DNA from: an uncultured virus (IMG/VR IMGVR_UViG_3300034073_003178) | Taxonomy: Duplodnaviria; Heunggongvirae; Uroviricota; Caudoviricetes | DNA length: 64,000 nucleotides | IMG/VR virus record: IMGVR_UViG_3300034073_003178 | Location: 1 to 64,000 of that record | Direction: 5' to 3' (one strand) | In this document: piece after piece, positions 53,418-63,900 of the stretch | Layout of the letters: each line of letters opens with the position of its first letter | How positions within the stretch are numbered: the first letter of the stretch is position 1 | Notes under the pieces: generated by a model | Seen by the model: only the letters and a program-made list of their open reading frames with translations | What the model was told of the DNA's origin: nothing | Database searches by the model: none | Position numbers and translations under genes: made by a program

Positions 53418-56345
53418 TTACCTCCTACATTTTATACAACCAGTACAATCAACTACATTAATAACCTTTGAATCCTTTGGAACATCAAATTCTCCATTTT
53501 CACATATTCTCTTAACTGTGATTATTGGTACAAGTAAAGCATTGAATCCAGTAGGAGAATTTGTTTTAATTTCCGGAATGTCGTCAAAACCGCAACCACC
53601 ACTTAAGACTTTAACTTCTGTAATTTGACCAAATTCATTAATTATTGGTTTTACTACCATACCATTACTAGGAGTAATAACAATCTCATCTTCAGGTCTA
53701 TATGCAAATCCTGTTTGAATAACTTGTATTTCTTCTACGCATAACACTGCTTTGTAACATAATCTTTCTTGATCTTGAATAGTTTGATCATTTTGTGCAT
53801 TTTGGTTTACTATAGCAAAATCATCAACAACAGGTATATTTATTGGATTTACTGGGAGAAGCGGAAGTTCTATAATTCGGGTATCCTCAGATTCTGGATC
53901 AGATAGATTTTCATTTGGAATAGTAGTACCAGAACCAGTAGTAGTTCCAATACCAGGGCCACCTGGAGTAGTAGTTCCGATACCAGCAGTAGTAGTGGTT
54001 CCAATACCAGCGGCAGCAGTGGTTCCAATTCCTGTTTGATTTATATCAAGAACTATAATTGTACCTTCAGCAATGTTTAAACCCTCAACTGAAGATCCAC
54101 CTTTTACAATATTATTTGGAATAGTATTTAAAGATAAAGTATCGTTATTAATAAATCCATAATATTTTCTAGATCTTCCTTGTGTGTTAGTTATAGTTAT
54201 TTTAGCAGGACAATTTTTTGATGATACATTTTGAGGTATATTTACTTTATATTTTGTGTATTTTACGGAAAGAGTTTCTGGTTTACCATTTGGGGGATAA
54301 TAAGTTTCTCCAGGATTTAGTTCTACTGGTTTATTGATTCTGACAACTTTAAATTCCCCATTGCAACTCCTAATATAACCCTCATCTGGTTCCTTCCAAA
54401 CAAATCCATCTCCTCCCATACTACCATTGGGTTTTTGTAAATAACCCGTACCAGGAGATTTTACCAAAATATTTTTTATTTTGAGTTTTCCAGGATTATT
54501 TTCATCAGGTTCCATTATAGCTTCAAATGCTCCACCAGATCCATTTCCACAAGGATCCTCAAGAGTAACGATTGGCGCAGATGTATACGATCCTGGATTT
54601 ACAATATCAAAACCAATAATTGATGAACTATTACTAACTATTGGATTTGCTTGTCCTCCAGAACCATTTCCCCCAAAGAAATTAACTTTAGGAGGACCAC
54701 AAAAAACAGGTTCAACATTACAATTAATTCTAGAACCACTTCCTGTTGTTCCTCCTCTATTTGCTTGATTAAGACTATTAAGAATTCCTGAAGAAAAATT
54801 TCCTATTGCTATTGCTGGTTTAGCTGGTCCTGCTAAATCTATCTGATCGTAACCTGGACATTGTTGCTGCTCATCACATTTGAAAAAATTCAAAATTCCA
54901 CTTAATAAAGAAAATGCACTTGCAACTAAACCTGCAATATTTCCAATAGTACCCAAAACTGATGATAGTGCAGAACTTATTTGTCCGAGAATAGGGTTTA
55001 AAAAGTCAGAGATAAGTTGCTGAACCGCACAAATTGGACCACTAACTAAATTTGCTAACAAGTCAGTAAGAAGTTTTACAAATGTTGGTACGAGAGCTTG
55101 CATTATATTTCTAAACAAGCAAGAAAGAATTTCAAGCGCCTCAGAAACTATATTATTATAAGTTGGAATTTCGCTAGGAAAAAGATTTGGTATTACCCTC
55201 TTTTGCAATTCTTCTGTTATTAAAATTTGCAATTCTTCTAATACACGAGTTAATATATTAATCATGTATGAAGATGCAAATTGAGCAGCTGTTTGAATTA
55301 AACTTGAAGTTTGAGATTGAATTGAACTTGCCGCTACAGATACTTCTCCTGCTATTTTTGCTATATTATTAGAATCTTTAATTAAATTATTAAGAACTTT
55401 TGCAATTCCTTGAACATCAGAATCAACTTTCTTACATGCATTTCTTAGAGGTCTTTGTACTCTTTTATCTTGATCCTGAATATCCCATGCTAATGTCTTT
55501 AAATGAAGTCCTTCTGTAATTTGAAGAGGAATATTATAAACATTTAAGTTATCTGGAACATATGCTGGCGCTTTATTTGAGTCACTAAAAGTGTCATTAA
55601 ATTGTTGATAACCTTGATTGCAGAGAAATGGAACTGGTGAAGATGCTCCAGGAAGTCTTGATGCTTTTACTGTAGCAATTAATACTTGTCTTTCAATTTC
55701 TGGTAAGGGAAGACCTTTTAATTTTGCTTCAGATCTTGCCTTTGAAGCTGCAGAAAATTCTTCTCTACTTGGAGTTCTTGCTGGATTGAGAAGTTTTTTT
55801 AATTGATCTGAACTTAATTGATCTACATTTGGTGGCAATGGTAAATTAGCCAGACTGCCTGGGCCAATAGATGGAGCAGGAGGATTTGAAAGTATAGGTC
55901 CAGATAAAGAAGGTGCTACTGCAGTTTGGTTTGGTGCAGCTGCTCCTCTTACCTTTGGTACATTATTATTTGAATTGCCAAGAACTCCTACAATATATCC
56001 TTCTTGACCCGCCATTCCATCCATGAAGAATCCAAATACTACGGATCCAGATTCTATAGATGGAGTTACTGATGCACCACCATGACCAGATCCTGCAGTA
56101 ACGGGCATAATGACTTGACAAAAAGCCATTTGATCTGGAGGAAGTGTAGCTAAATCTCCAGTATGCCAATTAAAAACTCTTACTTTATAGCGATACCCCC
56201 ACCCTTCAATTCCGGCAATATTAGTAAATGTTTGTGCTTCTATATTATCTTGCCAAGTCTCTTTAGATTCTACTCTCCCTAACCACCAGGGAGGACTCAT
56301 AAAAGTACCGGATTCAAACAATCCACCAGTTAATTGATCAGACAT
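53418..56345 (-). CDS. Baseplate hub or spike protein, T4 gp5-like (cyanophage type)
   Basis: N-terminal OB-fold motifs WWLGRV..YRYKVRVFNWH..MPVTAGSG..VFGFFMDG..IVGVL; no T4-lysozyme domain recognised. Confidence 0.8.
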   Translation of the reverse strand: MSDQLTGGLFESGTFMSPPWWLGRVESKETWQDNIEAQTFTNIAGIEGWGYRYKVRVFNWHTGDLATLPPDQMAFCQVIMPVTAGSGHGGASVTPSIESGSVVFGFFMDGMAGQEGYIVGVLGNSNNNVPKVRGAAAPNQTAVAPSLSGPILSNPPAPSIGPGSLANLPLPPNVDQLSSDQLKKLLNPARTPSREEFSAASKARSEAKLKGLPLPEIERQVLIATVKASRLPGASSPVPFLCNQGYQQFNDTFSDSNKAPAYVPDNLNVYNIPLQITEGLHLKTLAWDIQDQDKRVQRPLRNACKKVDSDVQGIAKVLNNLIKDSNNIAKIAGEVSVAASSIQSQTSSLIQTAAQFASSYMINILTRVLEELQILITEELQKRVIPNLFPSEIPTYNNIVSEALEILSCLFRNIMQALVPTFVKLLTDLLANLVSGPICAVQQLISDFLNPILGQISSALSSVLGTIGNIAGLVASAFSLLSGILNFFKCDEQQQCPGYDQIDLAGPAKPAIAIGNFSSGILNSLNQANRGGTTGSGSRINCNVEPVFCGPPKVNFFGGNGSGGQANPIVSNSSSIIGFDIVNPGSYTSAPIVTLEDPCGNGSGGAFEAIMEPDENNPGKLKIKNILVKSPGTGYLQKPNGSMGGDGFVWKEPDEGYIRSCNGEFKVVRINKPVELNPGETYYPPNGKPETLSVKYTKYKVNIPQNVSSKNCPAKITITNTQGRSRKYYGFINNDTLSLNTIPNNIVKGGSSVEGLNIAEGTIIVLDINQTGIGTTAAAGIGTTTTAGIGTTTPGGPGIGTTTGSGTTIPNENLSDPESEDTRIIELPLLPVNPINIPVVDDFAIVNQNAQNDQTIQDQERLCYKAVLCVEEIQVIQTGFAYRPEDEIVITPSNGMVVKPIINEFGQITEVKVLSGGCGFDDIPEIKTNSPTGFNALLVPIITVKRICENGEFDVPKDSKVINVVDCTGCIKCRR

Positions 56346-56347
56346 AA

Positions 56348-56563
56348 TTAATCATCATACATTCTACACTCTAGGGCATCTGGATGTGAATCACAGTAAA
56401 GTTCCAAAGCAGTTGGATCATGATTATCATTTGGATGATTTTCCTGATATCTTTCAAGATCATGCAATTCACCTTCCAAGTGACGACGACGCTGACCACT
56501 GATAGTAGGACTATCTAATTCATTATAATCATCATTAATATGTTGTTGAAGTGTCCTGTCCAT
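56348..56563 (-). CDS. cp12: CP12 Calvin-cycle inhibitor (phage type)
   Basis: C-terminal LELYCDSHPDALECRMYDD with a Cys pair; phage-type N-terminus (QRRRHLEGEL) lacking the first Cys pair. Confidence 0.92.
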   Translation of the reverse strand: MDRTLQQHINDDYNELDSPTISGQRRRHLEGELHDLERYQENHPNDNHDPTALELYCDSHPDALECRMYDD

Positions 56564-56585
56564 ATACGAACAAAAATATTGTTAA

Positions 56586-57887
56586 TTATTTAGGTTTTCT
56601 TCCGTAAGAATCTCTTACAAGTTCTAAAGAAGTAATAGTTTCTTTAGGATCTCTATTTATATGATGACATAAAGCTGAAATCATATATAATCCACTTAAT
56701 CTAGTATTTGGTATTGGTGTTTTCTTTGAAGATATTTCTTGAAAATCGCAATAAATTAAGTCTCCAGCCTGTAATGAAAAATCTCCAGCGATTTTAATTT
56801 TTAATGTGACTTTAAAAACTTGATTGTATCTTGAATTTGATTGCGCTGTTATTTTTTCTTTTTCTATTACAGGTTCTTTTGATTGACCAATAGGAAACAT
56901 ACTTCCAATATTCATGTTAGTCTGAAAAATTCTAGTATATGGAACATTGGTAAACATTTGATTAATGTCACTTCCATAATCTACACCTAAAGACTTAACT
57001 ACACCAGCTTGATCAAACCAACTTAAATTATTACAAATATAAGAACTTTCAAATGGATTAAAAAGATCTGTAGTTGAACTATATGCACCTATCTTAAGTT
57101 GCTCCTTTAAATCTCCATTATCAGTATCATCATATTCTAAAATTTTTCCATCATATCCAACAGGAATTTCTATAGACGCTGTATTATTATAAATTAATCT
57201 TTTATATAATTTGCTATCAAATAAGGTATCTATAGACTTATACTTAAATCCTGTTCTGGTTTCAAAAAAGAAATATCCTGCAGTTTTTCCATAAGCACCT
57301 CCAATATTAGGAACAGATTGTTTTGCCAACCAAGTAATTACCCAAAATGGTTTTTTGTTTGTTCCTATGAATGAAAAAAGATTTTGTGTAGGTTCAACAT
57401 CTATTGCTTTTTTAGTTTTTAATACAGTTTGAAATATCGCTGATACTGAGTCTGATATTGGGCCATCATATCTTTGAAGCACTCTTGATGATTCATTTGT
57501 CAAATATTCTTCAGAAACTAAGTCCATAATATATGGAGCAGCCTTTGCAGTTTCTGGTAATTTATAGTTATGATTCAATCTCAAACATCTATCATCTGAT
57601 GCAAAAGATATTTTTTGTTCTAATCCATCTTCAAATTCAAAAAAAACTTTTTCTCCTGCTCCAGATTTTATCTTATCTGCAAAATTGATTTTTGCTCCAG
57701 CACCATCATCAGCATCAAATCCAGTTGTTACGACTGCAATTTGAACATTAATTGTTGGAGACAAAACATTTTCATAATAATAGATTTCAGTTATACCTCT
57801 GAGCAATGAAATGGATTCGCCTCCATCATTTGGAAATATATCAAGTTTTGTAATATTATTATTACTTCTTTTAATTCTTTCTAACAT
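56586..57887 (-). CDS. Putative baseplate hub protein (gp27-like)
   Basis: YYENVLSP, GYFFFET..GFKYKSIDTL and IAGDFSLQAGD..SGLYMISALCH..LVRDS; located upstream of the gp5-like gene. Confidence 0.7.
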   Translation of the reverse strand: MLERIKRSNNNITKLDIFPNDGGESISLLRGITEIYYYENVLSPTINVQIAVVTTGFDADDGAGAKINFADKIKSGAGEKVFFEFEDGLEQKISFASDDRCLRLNHNYKLPETAKAAPYIMDLVSEEYLTNESSRVLQRYDGPISDSVSAIFQTVLKTKKAIDVEPTQNLFSFIGTNKKPFWVITWLAKQSVPNIGGAYGKTAGYFFFETRTGFKYKSIDTLFDSKLYKRLIYNNTASIEIPVGYDGKILEYDDTDNGDLKEQLKIGAYSSTTDLFNPFESSYICNNLSWFDQAGVVKSLGVDYGSDINQMFTNVPYTRIFQTNMNIGSMFPIGQSKEPVIEKEKITAQSNSRYNQVFKVTLKIKIAGDFSLQAGDLIYCDFQEISSKKTPIPNTRLSGLYMISALCHHINRDPKETITSLELVRDSYGRKPK

Positions 57888-57890
57888 TTT

Positions 57891-60800
57891 TTAAACATAG
57901 TCCCAAATGTAAGATAATCCATCTTCTTTGGAAGAAGACATTAAAATAGTTTCTTTATTTACTATGTATGTATTATTTGTAGATGGTTCATCAACAAATA
58001 CATTCACAAAAGTTGTACGAGGTCTTTGATCTTCATAATCAAGCATACTCATAATTGTATCTATATTACTTTTTAGTTGACTTTTACTTTCTATTTGATT
58101 GATCAATTTTATAAATTCAAACCCAAAAGCATCAACTGAATCTTTATCAATTACATATTCTCCATCGTGAGTTTTAATGAGTTGTGATTCATTTTCGGTA
58201 ATATATCTTCCATGGAATGCATAAAAATCAGGAGCACCTGAATTCAATACTAATTTTTGTTGTGGAGCAAGAGTTCCATCCGGTTTATATCTACCATGCC
58301 CGACAAAAGCATTTGTTCCAACAATATCAGCAGATACACCATATCCATCTGTTGCGCTATATTTCATATTTTTAAGAGCCAAAGGAAAAGCAACTTTATT
58401 TCCAGCACCAGTTCCGCCAATTTGAAGATCTAGTTCTGTTTGTCTATGTGCTGCTTGACCTCTTGCAATATATCCTTTTATTTGTTGATCATTTGCTCCT
58501 GTAGGGATAGTTTCTCCAGATCTACCAACATAAATTGACTTTTTTCCTAAGAAATGTTTAACTACATTTAATCCTGCAGTTGCAACACCAGAACCATCTC
58601 CAGGATTGTTTGTACCAATATGAAAATGAACACCTCCAGATCTTCCAGAATTACCTTGAATAAATTTACCATCTCCAGGTGAAATTGCTCCTTCAGAAAC
58701 TTTAGTTGATTCTAATCTTTCTTTAAGTTCTCCATATCCAGCAGGAGAACCTTGAAGACCTAATTCTTTATCTCCACTTGCATCATGTCCTCCATAAAAA
58801 TAAGCACCATATTGACCTGCAAGTTGTTGAAGTTTTGAATTAACTTGACCTCCACCTTTACTAAAATCCCACTGCTTTCCTACACCAAGTAATCTAACTC
58901 TTGCCCCCATTGATTGAAGATACTTTAATTGCTCTTCAACTGTTGACCAATCATCTTTTGAATGTGCAATACCAGTTGATAAATCAACCAGTTTTCCTTT
59001 AAGAGCATCACCTTTTGATTTAAGAATTGCTAAGACTTCTGCGGGTTTTCTTCCTTTCTTAGTGTCACCAGTATCAGAACCATCTCCAGTTCTTCCTGCA
59101 AATCCATGAGCGATATTATCACCAATTACAAAATCTGCTTGACCTTGGAACTGTGCATTTGGATCAGTTTGTTGTGTTGCACCTCCTCCCCCAGGAGGAG
59201 CTGGACTTGGGCCACCACTACCAGAAACTGGTTTTAATAATAATTGTTTCATTAAATCATTAATAATTTGATTAATTCTTGGATTAACTGTATTTTGAAT
59301 ATTAATTGCTAACCAATTTCTTAAATCTTGATTTGTAGATTCATCTGTTACTAAACCACCATTTGCATATCCAAAGGTCAATTTATCCAAAATATAATTA
59401 ATCCAGGAATTTAATCCAGCAGAAACATTCATGTAATCAATTGGAGATGGTTTATCCCCAAAAATAGTTTTAGTAACTAAACCAAACAAAGAACCAAGAT
59501 AAGAAATTTTACTTAAAGTTTGATGTGACGATTTTAAATAACTGTATGGTTTAACTTCATTCTTACCAGTATTATTTGGATAATAAGTTTCAATTAATGT
59601 TTTTGATGGATCAGATTCAGATTTAATGTTTCCAGATACACTTCTTCCAGGTTGTAATGAAGTTGGTTGTGGGGTTATAGTTCTTGTTACCTTTTTTACC
59701 TTTAGTTTTCTTTCGGGTTCAGATGAAATATATTTTCCACCTCTAGTTGTTGCTCCACCTCCTGCATATTTTTCAATTTTTTCAGATGATTGAGTTGGTG
59801 TTTTACTAGATTTATTTTCAAAAAACAAATCATATAATGCTCCACCAGCCCAATCTCCAAGTGCAGCTCCTGCTATTCCTCCAATGATATTTCCAGCAAC
59901 TGGTATTACAGAACCAACAGCAGTTCCAATTGCACCAAGAAGACCAGCACCAATTGCCTTAAATGCGGCCCTACCAATAGATTCTCCAAGAGCAATTGAC
60001 AATCCAAAGTCAAGTAATGCTCCAATAATTGGAAGTCGTTTTGTAAAAGGACGAACAAATTTAAGAACTTGCTTTGCTCCACCTTTTCCTAGAACTCCAG
60101 TAAATGCACTACGAGCACCTCTTTGAAGTGCTCCTCTTTGCATTCCTCCTGGTAATCTCTTTAAACCTTCTTGACCAAATCTTTGAACAAATGCATCTCT
60201 TCCATATCTTTGGAAGTATCGTTTTAATACATCATTTTGTGGTTTTTTTATTCCCTTATCTAATCCTCCTTTTCTTAAATCAATATCTGGTTTACCTTTA
60301 CCAAAACCACCTATAATACTATCACCAGTGTCAGCAATTAACATTGCTGCGATTAATGAATAGTTGATTATATCATTAAACTTATTTGAAAAATCATCAA
60401 ATGCCTTTGCACCACTTTCACCAAAAACATTAGATACAAATGTTCTACTTGCATCTACTGCTTTATATCCCCAATCAATAAAAGTAACTAATCCATCTAA
60501 AAGTTTTCCTCCCCAATCAATAATAAAATCCATTACTCCATTGATTATTGGAATCAACTTAGCAAGTTGAGGAAGTTGATCTATCAATCTAACAGCAATA
60601 AACCCTAATATTACATTTGATATAAAATTTTTAATCCAATCAAACAATCCTAATTTAGGTGTGGGTAATTTTGGCAGTTTAACTCCAGATGGTTTTTTGA
60701 CTTTTTTCTCTAACTCATTTTCTTTATCTTCACGAGTCTTTTTTTCTTGATTCCTTGATCTTATTTTAAATTTATTTCTTTCAATTAAAAGAAAGTCTTT

Positions 60801-60974
60801 TAATAATTTGTCAATTGTAATAACTTTTTTTTCAATAGTAATTAAACGATTGTCAATTTTAACTTTATTTGGATTGTTTAGTTTTTCTTTTGGGGATTCA
60901 AATATTTTACTGACAGTAAGAGAAGATGATCTAGATGGAGGTAATGCTAGAAGTTTGCTGCTATTAATTGCCAT
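57891..60974 (-). CDS. Tail-associated (tape-measure or hub-like) protein with SGNH-like and M23-like domains
   Basis: Helical and G/A-rich hydrophobic N-terminal half; VIGDNIAHG; GNSGRSGGVHFH; C-terminal HDGEYVIDKDS. Confidence 0.7.
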   Translation of the reverse strand: MAINSSKLLALPPSRSSSLTVSKIFESPKEKLNNPNKVKIDNRLITIEKKVITIDKLLKDFLLIERNKFKIRSRNQEKKTREDKENELEKKVKKPSGVKLPKLPTPKLGLFDWIKNFISNVILGFIAVRLIDQLPQLAKLIPIINGVMDFIIDWGGKLLDGLVTFIDWGYKAVDASRTFVSNVFGESGAKAFDDFSNKFNDIINYSLIAAMLIADTGDSIIGGFGKGKPDIDLRKGGLDKGIKKPQNDVLKRYFQRYGRDAFVQRFGQEGLKRLPGGMQRGALQRGARSAFTGVLGKGGAKQVLKFVRPFTKRLPIIGALLDFGLSIALGESIGRAAFKAIGAGLLGAIGTAVGSVIPVAGNIIGGIAGAALGDWAGGALYDLFFENKSSKTPTQSSEKIEKYAGGGATTRGGKYISSEPERKLKVKKVTRTITPQPTSLQPGRSVSGNIKSESDPSKTLIETYYPNNTGKNEVKPYSYLKSSHQTLSKISYLGSLFGLVTKTIFGDKPSPIDYMNVSAGLNSWINYILDKLTFGYANGGLVTDESTNQDLRNWLAINIQNTVNPRINQIINDLMKQLLLKPVSGSGGPSPAPPGGGGATQQTDPNAQFQGQADFVIGDNIAHGFAGRTGDGSDTGDTKKGRKPAEVLAILKSKGDALKGKLVDLSTGIAHSKDDWSTVEEQLKYLQSMGARVRLLGVGKQWDFSKGGGQVNSKLQQLAGQYGAYFYGGHDASGDKELGLQGSPAGYGELKERLESTKVSEGAISPGDGKFIQGNSGRSGGVHFHIGTNNPGDGSGVATAGLNVVKHFLGKKSIYVGRSGETIPTGANDQQIKGYIARGQAAHRQTELDLQIGGTGAGNKVAFPLALKNMKYSATDGYGVSADIVGTNAFVGHGRYKPDGTLAPQQKLVLNSGAPDFYAFHGRYITENESQLIKTHDGEYVIDKDSVDAFGFEFIKLINQIESKSQLKSNIDTIMSMLDYEDQRPRTTFVNVFVDEPSTNNTYIVNKETILMSSSKEDGLSYIWDYV

Positions 60975-60980
60975 TTTCTT

Positions 60981-63900
60981 TTACCCCACAGACAATAAAT
61001 CTATAACCGGATTACCGTAAGATTTTTTAGAAGGCATATTAATTATACTCGTAGATTTTTGAACAACATTCATTCCACCTGAAGAAGGTCTAGGAATATA
61101 ATTGTAAACTACTTTATCAGGAGCATTTTCAGAATATTCAGGTACAATTTCTTCCAGTATTTTAATTAATGATTGTTTTGCATTTGACAACTGAGACTTG
61201 TTTTCCACTTCATTGATAATATCCATAAAATTTATTCCAAAAGTGTCTACAGAGTCTTTATCAATTATAAATTCTCCTGGATGTACTTTTGTTAGTCCTT
61301 CATTAACTGGACCTCCACCAAACTTACCAGCAGATCCCATTTTTTGTTTAATCATATTACGCATTTTATCACCACCACTTCCAGGTGAATCACCTTGTCT
61401 TAACTTAAATAAATCCCATCTAGATCCATCGCCACCCCAAGCAACAGGTCCGTGATTATCAGGATCTGACTTAGCACCTTGAGACCATAATGCTGGACTA
61501 TTTTTTATTCCATCTTTCATTGAACCCACTTCAGCATGAGTTGCAACATTTCTAACATTAACCATTGATGGCGACCATCCCCAGGCTTTTGCAAGATTAG
61601 CAGCTTCTTGTGCCATTGCTTCATATTGCCTTTGAGTTGGAGTCTGTGATCCATAATTATTGAGATCAACACCCGCGCCTCCCATTCCTGCTACAGCCAA
61701 TCCAACTCCTAAACTATTCCTATATGCAGTGTGTCCTTCTGGTGTATTAAATTGACTATATGGTGTTCTTTGATATTTTTTTCCATCCTCAGTAAAAATA
61801 GCATGATATTTTCTTTCATATCCATATGGATTATTTCTAGCCGCAGCATTCCAGTGTAAATAGATTTTACCTTTTTTACCAACGGGACCTAATGCTTCTG
61901 GATTTGTTGGAGTGTTTATTCCATTAGGATCCGGAATATTATCATCATCACAAGAACAATCAGATACACTTCCTGCGGGAGAGGATGATGCTAAAGTTGT
62001 TGGAGATGCATTAGAAGGACTTGACGATGCTCCAAAATTAGGAACTGGAGCAACCTTAGTTCCTTTATAATTATAATGCCATCCAAAAACATTTGATCTA
62101 GAACTTCTGCTAATTCCAGAAACTCCTTGACCTTGCGCCTTAAAATCTGTTCTTCCTTGAATAAAACTTCTAGCACTAGCTTGTCTAGATGGATTTAACA
62201 ATGTAGCAGCGACACTTTTCATAGTTTCTACCGATAACCCAGATGCAGCAGCTGCAGAAGCAGCATCTGTAATTGTAAACCACTGTCTATTTGGTCTACC
62301 TCTAGAACCCATACTCGGATATCGCCATGTTGGTTCATATTGCCATGCTGCAGTAATTAAATCCTTTATAGTTCTTCCCGAGTATGCCCCAGAAGCAACA
62401 CGATTATAAATTGACTGTGCAACATCAGCAGATCCTTGTGGATCTGCATCTTCCCTTGAAGCAACAGCAACAAGTGTCCAAAAATCTGCACTGCCTCCTT
62501 GAATATTTGCAGATCCTCCAGTGTCCTCGGGACAAATACAATCATCACCCTCAGTTTTTGTACTACCACCAGTAGATTTTATTTTTTCCAACATCAACTG
62601 TTGCATAAGATCTGATCTGATCTTAGACATTTCTTTTGTCGTAAGTTCTTCAACAGATTTTGAAACTATTTTTTCAATGTCAAATTTTTCTATCTTAAAG
62701 TCATCAGAAAATGCACCTTCATCATAAGCTTTATTTAAAAATGAATCAAATCCTTGACCAATACTTTTATAATAACCATAATCTACAGTATCACCCATCA
62801 TTACTTTCAATGGCATTGCCAATAATGGACCAATGAAAGGAACACTCGCAAAACGATAGTAACTATGAGACAAAAATCCAAAAGAATTCATTGTCTCTTC
62901 TTTTTTCTGTGGTCCAGTTCCTTCAGGAGATCTTATGTCTGATGGTTCTGGAAAAACTTTTTTAATTTGTTTAGTACCTCCAGTAATACTTCCCTGCCTT
63001 AATTTTGCAGGTTTTGGTATTACTCTTCTTTTTGGTTTTTTAATTTTTAGTTCTCTTTTTGGTATCTCACTTTGATATTGACCCCCACGAGTTGTTCCAC
63101 CACTTACATAACCTCTAATTACTCCTCCACTATTCCATCCAAATAAACCTTTAGATTTATTTTGAGAAGAACTTTTTGTTCCTTTATTTTTAAATAGAGC
63201 ATCATATAATGCGCCACCGGCTTGATCTCCTAACCAACCACCGGCAAATCCAGTTAATAGTGCAAAAGGTCCTCCCAATGCTGCACCAACTGCACCTAAT
63301 AGTGTAGCACCTATTGCCTTAAATGCCGCTCTACCTGGATCTTCACCTAAAGCAACAGAGAGTCCAAAGTCCAATAAACCACCAATAATTGGAAGTTTCT
63401 TAGTAAATGGTTTTAAAAACTTAAGAGTTGTTTTTGCTCCACCTTTTCCCGCAAGACCAACAAATGCATTTCTTGCTAAATTAGTAGCACCAGATCTTGC
63501 ATACTTACCACCTAAAGAACGAACTCCTTCTCTACCAAATCTTTTTATTGCAGCATCTTTTCCAAATCTTTGAGCATATCTTCTTGCTGCTTGATTAGAT
63601 GTACTAGGTACACCACTTGGTTTTCCTTTAATGCCTTGAGGAATATCAGTATCATAACCTCCCACACCACCACTTAATGCAAGATCAGCGAACAACATAC
63701 CCGCAATAAGGGTATATTGTATCATATCTTGGAATTTACCCATAAAATCTTCAAACTTTTTGGCAGTATCTTTACCACCAATTTTTTCAAAGACTTTTAC
63801 AGTATTATCGTATGCTGAATATCCCCAATCAATAAAAGTAACTAATCCATCTAAGAGTTTTCCACCCCAATCAATAATACCATCCATTACTCCATTGATT

